From Octopus vulgaris (lineage: Eukaryota), in NCBI GenBank assembly GCA_951406725.2, contig OX597814.1:24118001-24182000 (forward strand): a DNA stretch of 64,000 nt, given 5' to 3'. The translations under genes and the position numbers were made by a program. The notes beneath the pieces are model-generated. The model ran no database searches, was not told where the DNA came from, and saw nothing but the letters and a program-made list of their open reading frames with translations. Within the stretch, counting starts at the first letter, position 1. Each line of letters begins with the position of its first letter. Shown piece by piece: positions 12,861 to 25,083 of this stretch.

Positions 12861-14094
12861 ACACACACACACACACACACACACTCTCTCTCTCTCTTGC
12901 TCTCTATGAGAGAGATATATGTAGAGTGTAAGGTTAATAATAAAAAATCAATATTTAGTGTCTTATGTTAACTTAATTAAATATCGCTTGTAATGTAGGG
13001 TTGAAATCATTTTATTTCTGGCTTGAGGTTTTGTGTAGTATCACATTCTCTAAGTGTGTTAATGGTCACTGAACATGTTAAACTTCTTTCCAGTAGAAAT
13101 GTTTTACATTTTATATCATATTTATACAATGAATTTTAAATTGTCTTCAAGTAATACAAGTTTATATCAATAGATGCATCAATCTAAAATATAATATAGA
13201 TAGAAAGAAATAAAGATTACATGAAAAATCATGTTAAAGGTGAATTATAATGACTATAAGTAGGTGCTAGTGAATACTGTCAATTCCTAATGCAAAACCT
13301 AAAAACAAAAACAAGACAGAAATAGCTTAAAGCCGAGCAATTTTTAGTTTCTAATACCTGCATGTTCATCTAGGCATAAAACTGTTTCTATTTCGAAGTA
13401 AGCCTTTCATGTAAAAAAATAACATGTTTTAAGTAATGTGCTCTCCTGAAATGCTAAAGATATTTAATGTAAAATCATACAGGAGGGTAGAAAAGGGGTA
13501 GAAGTCCAAAAGAGAAAAATAAATCAATGATTTGTGTTAGTGTGAATAATAAATTCAGTCAGAAAATAAAATTTTATCATAGAATTAAGAGATCTTGAAA
13601 AGTTGAAGAATGTCAGCCGTTTATATGGTGTCTCTAATTCTTTGAAATTATGCAGTAATACTTTGACATCAATCACTTACTATAACAGAATGAAACATAC
13701 TTTATCTTTTCAACACTGAATAAATGTTGCCAAATACATTAACCTTTAACTAAGCTTTTGAAAATTAATCAATGTCTTCTGATTTAAATCTGTCTAAACT
13801 GATGCAAATTAAGATACTATAATAAAAGAATGACTGTCCATTGGCCTGTAACCATTGCCATTGTTATTCACCAGTAAAGAATCAGTGAAAAACATATTGA
13901 AATGTATGAACCATTAAAATTTCTATGAACCTTTTGTAGATATGTGTTGCATTTCTTTAGAGTACCTAATACTCGGAAAGTTTATTTAATTATTTTAGAA
14001 ACCAAATCGAATTCAGTAAATGATATAATTTTTTATTATAAATTGCCTATGTAGCTTTTATTGTAAATTTAGAATGTGCTTTAGTATTTTTCTG

Positions 14095-14096
<2 letters not shown>

Positions 14097-14139
<43 letters not shown>

Positions 14140-14159
14140 CATACTCACACACACACACA
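14097..14159. repeat. (CA)n microsatellite
   Basis: Direct reading. Confidence 0.97.
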
Positions 14160-15465
14160 GAATCAATCAATTTAAGTACATAATGGCATATTTCTATGAA
14201 CTCATGTGAACATAATGTTGTCTCTTTTAGATATGCTGCAATTATTTTCCCTTTCATAAAGGTAATATATGCTTTTACTAACATTCAAATGATCTCTCAT
14301 GCTTACAAAATGTCTTGTCATCATTATAAACCTCAAGTCTCTTACTTTTAACCGAGTTCATTTTTTTGTTCTAATGCATTGGATTTAATAATTATTATAG
14401 AAACATGAACATGTAAATGTGCACATATACCACATACTCACACAAATTTCTATCTTCTGACAACAGCAACAGATAATGATGATTTAGAGCATATTTTGAA
14501 AAATGGATATAAAAATATATTTTCACACATCAAACTATCCTAAGTTCTGTTTCTGTTTTTTATTGAAATACAGCATATCTACCCAAACCGTTTTTTACTT
14601 GTATGTGTGTATTTTAATGTTTTCTGTATGCACAAACCAAATTCCTGAACAGTCATCAAATTCTGCCCATAAGGGAGATAATCAGGCATGTAAAGACATT
14701 TATTGAATTTACTGTTTTCTACTTTTTGCTAGCAATTCTTGTTTTCCTTATCTAAATATATATTACATAATTACTACACTGGTTATTTATTTCATACTAT
14801 GAAACAGGACTGGTATGCATGCAAAATGATAAATATAGTATATTGTTTACAAAGAGAAACAGACACTGACAAAATGTAAGAGATACATGTCTCCTTAAAC
14901 TAACAATTGAATCAAAAGCTTGTAAAGTACAATAAATTATTTCCTGTGAAAAAAGAACAGAAATGAAATGTATTAGACAGAACCCTAATCTATTTATTCA
15001 GCAGTTCCTGTAAACTTTAATATCTCCTGGAAAAAGTGTTCTGATGGAACATTAAACTTCTCTTTCTCAAGGCCATTTTATAACCTATTTTGCACTTACC
15101 ATTAGCTGACATAATCTCCTCACATTTTACTGGTTCATATCAACTATTGAATAGTTTCTTGCCAATTTTCCAGTTTATTTTCTTTCTATTCAACAAAATA
15201 ACAATGGAAAAAAAATCAACAAAATGTGAAAAAGTAAGTTACCAGTTCAGAAATTAAGCAGTAACTGTTGCCATTTCCAAGAGCCTTATACTTGTTAAAT
15301 CTTTCATTCCAAATATATTCAGATCTGTCATTCAGCACACACCATTTCATTTATGCTATCAATATAATGAGACCAAAGAATACTAATTGCGTAATTATTT
15401 CATTGGTAAGATTCCAGTTTTGAGTTGAATATACATACCATTTATTTCAGATGTGTGATTAAATT

Positions 15466-15885
15466 TCATCATCATCAATGTTTCCATGTTCACTTTTCCA
15501 TACTTGCATGGCTCAGGCAGAGTTTCCCAAAGCAGCTTTCCTATAGGTGGATGCACTTCCTGTCAGCAATTTGTATCTGTCTTGAAGCAAAGTAATATTT
15601 TTCTATGGCTGGGCTATTTTCATGGTAGGTTGAAAATGTATGGCTGTAACATGCATTTAAAATGATCATGTGATGTCATGACAAGGAAACGCAAAATCAA
15701 ACAAAACACATCCATGCACACGCACACATACATACTTACAACAAGCTTCATTTAGCTTCCATCCACAAAATAGATGCACAAGGCTAGGGTATTAGGAAAA
15801 ATCATTTTCCCAAGATGACATGTAGTGAGAATAAACCCAAGACAATATGGTTGGGAAACAAACTACTTAACCACACAACCATGTG
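15466..15885 (-). mobile_element. Decayed RTE-terminus-related repeat plus SINE head
   Basis: CATCATCATC...TTTTCCATACTTGCATGG at the left; CCAAGATGACATGTAGTGAGA...ATGGTTGGGAAACAAACTACTTAACCACAC (reverse SINE head) at the right. Confidence 0.55.
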
Positions 15886-16493
15886 ATTAAATCTAGGTTT
15901 TCAATATAACAACTCTGTTTCCTACACAAGAACTTAAACACAATTTAAATAATGCTTATATGACTTCATTATTAGACACTCTTTCATTTATGAGAACTAA
16001 TGTCATGGAGTATAAACAGTTGAAAGCAATATTCTGTTATTAGATGTTCTTTACATTCAGATGTTTTGATTGTTTTTAATTATCTCAAATATATTATGAA
16101 AAATAAAGCAAATTGTTTTGTGATCTAAAAATTATAAAATAAAAACCTAGTCAATTAATTTTTGCTGCAAACCATTCAGTTATGATTAAACTTAATTTTA
16201 ATATTGTTAAAATTGACTGTAGAATAGTTTGTGTATGTATGTAAGCAAAAAGAAAATGCTTTGAGAACTTTATCCTGAATAAAAGAAAGTAGAATATTTA
16301 TATTTTTTATCAAAATATGCTACTGGTTTCAATCTTTTTAAGACATGTTAGTCATGCTGTATGAGAAGGGAAACTAAATTGAAATAAATTAATCTTTCAT
16401 GATATCAGTTCTGAGCTTCACTGGTTTTTCTTGCAAAATTCACATGGTGCTGGTAATTGGTTTCTTCAGATGCCTGCTGGGCTATAGTAGTAG

Positions 16494-16531
<38 letters not shown>

Positions 16532-17639
16532 GCGACAGTTTGGTAGTGTTATTGTCATTAAGGAGTGGCTCTTAGTTGCAGCAACATTAGCAATGGTGAT
16601 AGCTATAGTAGTAGTTGCTGTATCAGTCTCACATGTAGATACAGCAGCAGCTCAAGTAGTAGTCACAGTAGTCATTGTGGTGGAGATTGTTGATTCTGTA
16701 AATGTAGTGGCAGTACTCTCTTCCATTTCTTTGGGCTAAATCTTTGGACAACCATATCTTATCTTTAACACCACCTCTTACCTAGAATCATCCCCAACAC
16801 CCTCTCATACCTATAGTCATTGACCTTCCTCCACCCTTAGTTCCAGCTTATTATAGCCTCCCCTACATACTTCAGACATTAACGTCTCTTTCTCACTCTC
16901 ATAGTTCATCAACTACATATTAGCTGATCTACCTACAAGTTTGTTGTTCTCCTACTCTAATCCCTTCTTGTATTGCCACTTAGCACCTTCTCCTTCCTGA
17001 GACACTCCTATTCTTTCACCTCCCCCACCATACTGATATCTACTATTAACTACACCCACTACCCTTGTTCCATTCACTATATTTACCTCTACACCCATCT
17101 TGAACTATCTGTCACTGGTACTTAATTTATTGGCCCTGAAATGCAAAATTTGGCAGAATTTGAACTCAGAACATAAAGACATGAAATACTGCTAAGCATT
17201 TCGCCTGGCATGCTAATATTTCTGCCAGCTTGCCACCTTTGAAACAAGCAGAATATTGAAGACATATTAAGTCGTTATATTATATTAGGTTATTGTAGAG
17301 CCATTATTCTATGTGAGTTATAATATTCATCAGAATAAGGGGAGAACTCCAAATATATACCCTGGATTTTGAATGAATTTTATTTAGAATATTCTCTGAT
17401 ATATCTGGCACCTTAGCATTATTGTTATTGTGACTCCTAAATGGCTGTGAGGTTGAAATGCTGGATTGCTGACCACATGATCATAAGTTCAAATATTACT
17501 ACTTCAGCACTTCTTAATGTACCCTTCAATGAAGAATATAACTTTATTTCTGCTAGGTTTTCTTTCTGCTTTACATCGTGGTTGAGTGGTTAGTAACAAA
17601 AAAAAGATACCCAGTTCTAGAAACAGATAAATAATCCTA

Positions 17640-18620
17640 CCACACAAACATGGAAAATGGATATATTTTATCCAGAGTAATTGTTTCATTGATTGATCAC
17701 TCTGCTGATTTTAATACCACCTGCCATGGCATTTTAAGGGATTTTTTCCATGGATCTATTGATGTCTCTTGAAGTTACTTAATCCTTTTCTGAATGGAAA
17801 ATCAGTGTATCATCATTGGAGAAACTTTAGCCAATTCTTTGGATCTCAGATGTAGAATACCTCAGAGTTCAGTTTTGCTATCTTTACTACTTAATATCTT
17901 TTGCTGTTCATGTTTTCTCACGGTTTTCACCTTAAGTTTATGGCTAAGCAAGCAATAACAGTGACCTTTGAATTGTTTTTTCATCCTATTTTCAGAATAA
18001 CATGTTGGGTGATAAACTGTGTGAGCGTTTCATTGAGATCAAAAGAAGTATAGATGATTTCTTTCTGCTCATTAAATCAGCAACAACATCTGATATATCT
18101 TTCTGTCAGAGAAAGTATTGAAGATCTGTACAGAGCCAGTCACTGCTTGCAAATCTTCAATACTTGTGTTGATTCTAGTGAGATATGGTGATGTGTTAAT
18201 ACTGAAATTTACCTCACTGCTGAATTTCAATGACCTTGTCAATAAAATGTGCTATTATTTATATTTCTGTCTAACGAAAATAACAAGTTTTCACAAATTG
18301 ATATTGTAAAATCTTTACTTGCACCTAGATTAGTTCCAGATAGAAACGTGTAATTATTAATTCCTTGCCATCAGTAGGACAAACATCAATAGATTTATGT
18401 CTAGAATATCTGTATTCTATCTATTATTCAATATGTGCAGTTGTGACAATGTTTAATTTTGATATACAAAAATCTATTGTCTTTTTATTGATTAGAGAGC
18501 AACAGTCAATTCATTAATAATATATAAGTTGTGTTGTGGTATAACAAACTTTATATTCAGGACATATTAACATTTATTTTGGACATTACTATATTCTTGA
18601 GCTGGAGATACTTTTATGGT
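17640..18620 (+). pseudogene. Ancient L2/CR1-group reverse transcriptase relic
   Basis: SLIDHSADFNTTCHGIL (cf. LLDLSAAFDTVDHxIL), CRIPQSSVLLSLLLNI (cf. GVPQGSVLGPLLFNI) and LNFNDLVNKMC..YFCL in the expected order; heavily decayed. Confidence 0.62.
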
Positions 18621-18896
18621 AAATTTTCAATGTTTATTCCAAGATACTGGAAGGTTCTTCCTGTTTTAATTTAGATAGCTAGTTCCATTAATCTATGAAA
18701 TATAACATTAAGCAAATCATCTTCTGTAGTTACTACTCCCTTTCTTGCAAACTAACTACCAGTAGTAATCTGTAATCTATTGTCTTCATAGTATTAAATC
18801 ACAAGTCTTCCTCATTTTAGCAAGTTTTGATACTCTATAGATGTTATTTGTTGATTTGCATAGATATTAAAAATTATATGCATAAATATATGCATG

Positions 18897-19034
18897 CGTA
18901 GGAGTGGCTGTGTGGTATGGTTCTGTGTTCAGTCCCACTGCATGGCACCTTGGGCAATTGTCTTCTACTATAGCCTCAGGCCAACCAAAGCCTTGTGAGT
19001 GGATTTGGTAGGCGGAAACTGAAAGAAGCCCATC

Positions 19035-19095
<61 letters not shown>

Positions 19096-19328
19096 TGTGT
19101 GTATATGTTTGTGTGTCTGTGTTTGCCCAACACCCGACATCACTTGACAACCAATGCTGGTGTGTTTACGTCTCTGTAACTTAGCAGTGCAGCAAAAGAG
19201 ACCAATAGAATAAGTACTAGGCTTACAAAGAACAAGTACTGGGGTCAATTTGCTCAACTAAAGGTGGTGCTCCAGCATGGTTACAGTCAAGTGACTGAAA
19301 CAAGTAAAAAAGAGTAAAAAAAAAGAGT
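18897..19328 (+). mobile_element. Bipartite SINE with internal (TA)n/(TG)n microsatellite
   Basis: Head GGAGTGGCTGTGTGGTA...GTTCAGTCCCACTG..TGGCACCTTGGGCAA, internal (TA)n, tail ...GCTCCAGCATGG...TGACTGAAACAAGTAAAA. Confidence 0.88.
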
Positions 19329-19681
19329 ATGCATAAATACATACATATTTGCACAATTGCATACATATATAAATACATACATGCATACGTACGTACATAC
19401 ATACATAGGCACATTTCAGATACAATCTGTATGTGAAACAGTAAAAATATGCAATGTTTTCTCAAGTTTAAAATGTAACATTGTTTTTGTTACCTACAGT
19501 CTAATGATGGAGCTTTGTATATTTGTTAGAAATCAGTTCTTTCTTCAAAAGAACAATTTGAACAAGTAAGACTGAAGAGAATCATACATGTGCACATACA
19601 TACATTCATACATGCCTACATGCATACATGCATACATGCACACACACACATACATAAAGACAGACAGGCAGGCAGAAGACA

Positions 19682-20157
19682 AACAGCTACTCTACCTGGA
19701 TTACAAGTTCAGATTTATGCCTCAATTATTGGGGCATTGGGATATGTAACAAACTGCCTAAGCAGCAATCTTGAGAAATTAGGCTTCTCAAGGCCAGAAA
19801 GGAGGAAGCTGATTTAATGACTACAGATCCATGTCATTACTGGAACTGTAAAAATTCGTAAAACTTGCAGGAATTTTACCATTTAAGTATATATGCACAT
19901 GTCTAGACATGCAGTTATATGCATGAAAATGCATACATAAAACGAAGTATACAAATTTGCACATGCATTGACTCCAAATACTACATACATATGCGTGCAT
20001 GCATGTGCACACACACACATACACTCAGACACACACACACACACAACACAAATACCTTGCTGATGTTGATGTAATTTCAAAGAAGGAGCCTTGGATCTAA
20101 GTTAGAAACTGACTCTTCTCTATTGGCAAGAAATCTTGAAATATAATTGAATAATAA
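19682..20157 (+). mobile_element. R4-like RLE retrotransposon 3' fragment (second family)
   Basis: QLLYLDYKFRFMP/IIGALGYVTNCLSSNLEKLGF...GTVKIRKT, then a 3' UTR ending TGAATAATAA. Confidence 0.7.
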
Positions 20158-20185
20158 CATACACACGCACACAAACACACACACT

Positions 20186-20293
20186 CATACATACATACAT
20201 ACATACATACATACATACATACATACATACACACACACATATACATACATACATACATACATACATACATACATACATACATACATACATACA

Positions 20294-20323
<30 letters not shown>
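20186..20323. repeat. (CATA)n microsatellite
   Basis: Direct reading. Confidence 0.97.
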
Positions 20324-20324
<1 letters not shown>

Positions 20325-21330
20325 GGGAGATAGCTCCTAAATACTTGACAAACAAGAGGGACAATGATATCACCACTGTGCTAAAAAATATCGGCTCTGC
20401 TATAACAGTGTGGAAGATATCACCCACATCGTCAGCAGCTGCCCTAAAATGTTTACAAGATACTACTAGCCCCTGGGGGTATGGTATAGTAAGTAGCAAA
20501 GACTATTTATAATGCAATCCACAGGAAAGATTTCCCTGATAGATACATCAAAAATATGTCAGAAACAGCATGTATTCATAAAAGGCAGGAATACTGGTGG
20601 AGCCCTCCAATAAAAACAGTAATTTAGTACAAACGTAACAAATTTGATATTACTCTGTGTAGGACAGGAGATAAATGTCATGTACTTTTGTAGAGGTCAG
20701 CTGCCCAGCAGATGTGAATGTACCATCAAAAGTCCAGCAAAAAGAAAGAAAATATATATGGTGAATTAAAGCAGGTCTTACAGCTCTTGTACCCTGATAA
20801 TGAATTATCATTTGCATCTGTCATCATGTGGAGGCGTGTGGCTTAGTGGTTAGGGTGTCAACATCATAATCGTAAGATTGTGGTTTCGATTCCTGGACCA
20901 GGCGATGCATTGTGTTCTTGAGCAAAACACTTCATTTCACATTGCTCCAATCCACTCAGCTGGAAAAAATGAGTAATGCTGCGATGGACTGGCATCACGT
21001 CCAGCTGGGGAACACATACACCATAGAAATCGGGAAACCAGACCCACGAGCCTGGCTAGACTTTAAAAGGGCGCATTCATTTTTTTTTATCTATCATCAT
21101 AAGTGCATTAGGCTATGTACCTACAAATTCACACAAAATCTAGAAATACTTAGGCATTTTGAAGAAAGGGCAAAAGAAACTAAAGCAGATTCTCCAAATA
21201 CAATCTATTTGTAGTGCAGGAAAAATTTGTAAGACATTCCAAAGGTTCTCCAATTGAGATTCTTTAGATGAACAGATGCATACACACTTAAGTACAAGGG
21301 GACAACAAATTCAGAAGAATTTCAAAACAC
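20323..21330 (+). mobile_element. R4-like RLE retrotransposon fragment (zinc knuckle + RLE), split by a SINE
   Basis: RLCYNSVEDITHIVSSCPKM (decayed CCHC knuckle), EYWW...RNKFDI, CTFVEVSCPADVNV, YGELKQVLQLLYP. After the SINE it resumes ISALGYVP...GKICKTF. Confidence 0.78.
20828..21088 (+). mobile_element. tRNA-derived SINE, 261 bp
   Basis: A-box-like TGGCTTAGTGG, B-box-like GTTTCGATTCC, CORE-like TGTGTTCTTGAGCAAAACACTT; TSD ATCTGTCATCAT / ATCTATCATCAT (20816-20827, 21089-21100). Confidence 0.9.
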
Positions 21331-21446
21331 AAGTGTCTAATATACTACGTGTGTGATGAATAATATTTTATTCCATCTGTTTATGTAAACCACCCGATCA
21401 CTTGTAAATTCTAGTATTACTGGCGTTCATCTACTATGGAAAACGA

Positions 21447-21483
21447 GGAGGGAGAGAGAGAGATAGAGAGAGAAAGCGAAACG

Positions 21484-21523
<40 letters not shown>

Positions 21524-21552
21524 TGACAGAGAGAGCAAGAGAGAGAGAGAGC
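21447..21552. repeat. (GA)n/(GATA)n compound microsatellite
   Basis: Direct reading. Confidence 0.95.
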
Positions 21553-22671
21553 ATGCCTGTCTTCATATATCTTGTCTTCTTCTGTGTGAGCTCATGTTTG
21601 TTTCAGAGAAATTTCACCAAACAGAAATAAGATTTTACATCTTTATAAGTTTCTGAAGCTGTAACCACAAAGTGGAGGAGCCAAAGACCAAGAGTGAAAA
21701 AGACTTGAATGTAAATGACAGATTATTTTCTGCTGCTTTGCACAGGTAAATCAAAAAACACCATTTTTAGAGACCCAACTTAGCTAATAATAAATACAAA
21801 TTTTAAGACCATCACAATATTCTATAATCTTAACTAAATACAAATGAACATATACACACATGCATATGGGTAGAATAAATGTTTCCAGTGATAATTAGCT
21901 GTAATTCTAGACTGAAAATTTGTGTAAACAGTCAAAATAGTTGTCTGGAACAGTGGTCTATTTTTAAGTAAGTTTGTATTTCTCACTTGCATTTATATCA
22001 GCTATATTGTGTTTCAGTAAAGAGATTATTGATCTGATGTTGTAAAAGATCCATTCATTATGCTGAATGTAAATGTTGTATGCGTGTAATTTAGTTATTA
22101 TATTTAAAGAAAAAGCTGGATTCCATGATTAATGCTTTCTAACAAACAAAGCTACAGCTGAAATTGGTAGGAACTTTCAGAGTAACGCTCATCACACTAT
22201 ATATTCACTTCAAACACAACCATGATTTGAATTGTAATTTAACTTCTGTGTTTTTTTTTGGGTTTTTTTCTTCAGAAATCTATACAAGTGCTCATTAGAA
22301 AATTTATTGAAGATACTATTGTACCATTATAAATTGTTATTCCAGCTGAAATTAAATTTGGTGTCATTGGTAAGAAATGCAATCACCCAAGGAGAGAAAA
22401 ATTCACTTCAAACTATAAACAAGTGTTCTTTGAAAGTGATCATATATTTTCTTGAATATCTTGTAAAGTTTATTCTCATATTGTTTTGAATTTCCTGAAA
22501 AATTCTTACATTTAGAATAATAAATGGCTACTTGTCATACCCTATGCTTATTTAAAATATCAGTGGTAAGAAATATTGTTGTAGTGAAAAACCTAAGAAT
22601 AACATGTCCAACTTACTCTGTAAACATAGAATACAATTTGTGCAGAGTGATGGCTGATTGTATCCATACCT

Positions 22672-22899
22672 TTACACTTTCGTTACTGTATTTATTTTGA
22701 GATGCTCTGTGTTTCTTTCAATTATTTTAAAATATAACAAAGAATTTAGTAAAATAACTTAGTCATCATTCAGTTAGTGTTGAGAACATAAATTGTGACT
22801 AAGGTTTGGTGGGAGATTTTAATTCAAAACTTATGAAAACAAGACATGTGTGCTCAGAGCCAGAGCCGGTTTCAGCCGGGCTGATAATGAAAGGTTTAA
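22672..22899. mobile_element. piggyBac-like (TTAA) MITE, decayed
   Basis: Ends TTACACTTTCGTTAC and GATAATGAAAGGTTTAA are imperfect inverted repeats of the TTAA-CCCTTT type. Confidence 0.55.
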
Positions 22900-23020
22900 G
22901 ATGGCACAGATCAAGAGATTTGGATGAAGAGCTTGATAGTTCACATACCATGGGCAAGGAGGCATCTCATGTTCTGGATCTTTTACTTTTTGTCTGAATA
23001 CAGAAGAGAGAGAAGAGAGT

Positions 23021-23321
23021 CAAGCTGTGTGGCCTAGTGGTTAGGGCATTGCATTCATGATTGTAAGATTATGGTTTTGATTCTCAGACATAAGGGTGCA
23101 TTGTGTTCTTGAGTAAAACACATCATTACACATTCTTCTGCAATCACTTAGATACCTGACATGTGGCACACTGTGCACCTGTACAGGTAATGTCAGTTTG
23201 ATGGAGTGAGTGAGCTACTTTACAGCACAAACATTTAATCATTATAAACAAATCTTTGTGCAGGCTGTTCAGCAAGAAGTTGTAGAATCCTCATCAGTTG
23301 TTTATAATAGGGGAGTCCACC
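23021..23321 (+). mobile_element. tRNA-derived SINE (shared head, third tail type)
   Basis: TGGCCTAGTGGTTAGGG...TGTGTTCTTGAGTAAAACAC; TSD AGAAGAGAGT (23011-23020, 23322-23331). Confidence 0.85.
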
Positions 23322-24237
23322 AGAAGAGAGTGAGAGTGTGCGTGTTGTTGCTTTGGTTTGTAGGTAAGTAAATGAGGTCACCACCTCCTACTGTCTCCCT
23401 CTTATTTCTTTACTTCAATTCCTTGTTTATTATATACTTGCCTACAAGTAAAGCAACAACTTCTGCTTCTGATTTTCACAACTATGATATGAGAGATTCT
23501 TTACTTGTTACAGAAATTGAACATACCAAGCTCTTCCAGGAAATATCATGTGTATATCTTACTTACAGATTGATGACATTTTAATTAAGACTTTAGCTTA
23601 TCTGCTAGAACTATGAATTTTCTTTGGACTTGAATGGCATGAATAATAGAACAATTCAAATCTTAATTTTAATGAATTCTAAAAACATTACGAGAGATAG
23701 CACAAAAGATCAAAACTAAAAGAAAAGTATGAGTAAACAGAAATGAGTATTTTACAAGATCATGATAATAATGATGATTTCAGCCTGGAATTTTGTCAGT
23801 GAACAGGTTGTGGTCTAAAAACGATGAAAATATTTTGGCAAATTAAATTTAAATGTTGAAATGAATCTAATGGTTCTTGTGTGTTTCTTAAATGGCTTAT
23901 AAACACCTTCCATTCTGCAATTGCTTTCGTTCCAGCACACAATCTCAGATCAGGTCATTTGCTATGCAAGTACATCTCTGTAATTTTTATTATTATTTTA
24001 ACAATATTTTTCCATGCTGGCATTGAACATAAAATATATTCTCTCTTAATTCCATCAGTTGTTAATTCATCTGTGAGGCCAAATATTCTGTGATCTGATT
24101 TCATCACTTTTCTTAAAGTTATAGTTTTCTTAGTCAGTAAAAGACACATTTTTTTGAAGAGTGCTCAGCATTCTAACATGACATTGATATGAATACTGTT
24201 ATTTATCTTGCTTACTTAGGCCAACGTGTCTTATGTT

Positions 24238-25083
24238 ATAAGTGGTGGTATCAAAATGTTCCTAGATTACTGCAGATAGCAGTACATGGTTGCACGTGCA
24301 GTGAGAGCTAGCAGTGACCTTCATGAGGCAGTGTGCCAAGTGACAACACTGTGATTACTTTACAAATTGTGAAATTTGTATTTCTGTGATCCTGTGAATG
24401 CTGTAGTCAGTGATGTTGTCATGGACAGAAAGTTGGAACAAAGAGCGAACATGAAATTTTGCCTTAAACTTGGGAAGTCGGCTACAGAGACATTGAGTAC
24501 AACCCTGAGAAGAAGCAGCAGTCGTCACAATGGAAGGACCCTTCATCTCCATGGTGGAAGAAGATATGACAGAGCCACAGCTCAATCAAGTACATGTTCC
24601 TTGATTTTCCTGATACCTGTGGTATTATGCATCAAGAATTCATCCCTTAGGACCAGACCATCAATCAAGAGTTCTGCTGTTAAATCATTGAGATCTCCTC
24701 TATGGTGAGTTTCTCAACAAAAACAAACATAGTATCACTTCTGCACCCACCCTATTCGCCAGATTTAGCACCTGTGGACTTCCATCTCTTATCCAAGATC
24801 ACCATTTTAACACCGTTGTCGAGATCCAGTGGGAATTACTATCAATTACTATCGAATCACTATCAAGCACCTGCTACTTTTTACATGAAATCCAGAACAC
24901 TGAAATAGGACTCATATACGGAAAACAACTTCCAGGCCAGATTTCAAAAGTGGCAGAAATTCTGGGACCAATGTATTGCTGTGCAAAGTAACTATTTCGA
25001 GGGAGATAATGTTAAAACTTGGGTAAATAAGCTATTTTTTATTAAACATAATTAGTCTGCAAACTGTTTGGTACCACCTCGTA
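24238..25083 (+). mobile_element. Internally deleted mariner (Tc1/mariner) DNA transposon
   Basis: EQRANMKFCLKLGKSATET N-terminus, HPPYSPDLAPVDF motif, WDQCIAVQSNYFE C-terminus. Degenerate TIRs GGTGGTATCAAAATGTT / AAACTGTTTGGTACCACCTCG flanked by TA. Confidence 0.9.

Noticed and set aside
20055-20125. Hammerhead ribozyme in the RLE element 3' UTR
   Set aside because: CTGATG is not followed by the required GA core and I could not pair the three stems.
20828-20905. tRNA gene
   Set aside because: A/B-box-like head continues into a SINE body with a TSD; no intact cloverleaf. The same applies to the other SINE heads.
21606-21745. Coding exon between TTTCAG and GTAAAT
   Set aside because: All three frames contain stops; kept only as a possible recursive splice site.
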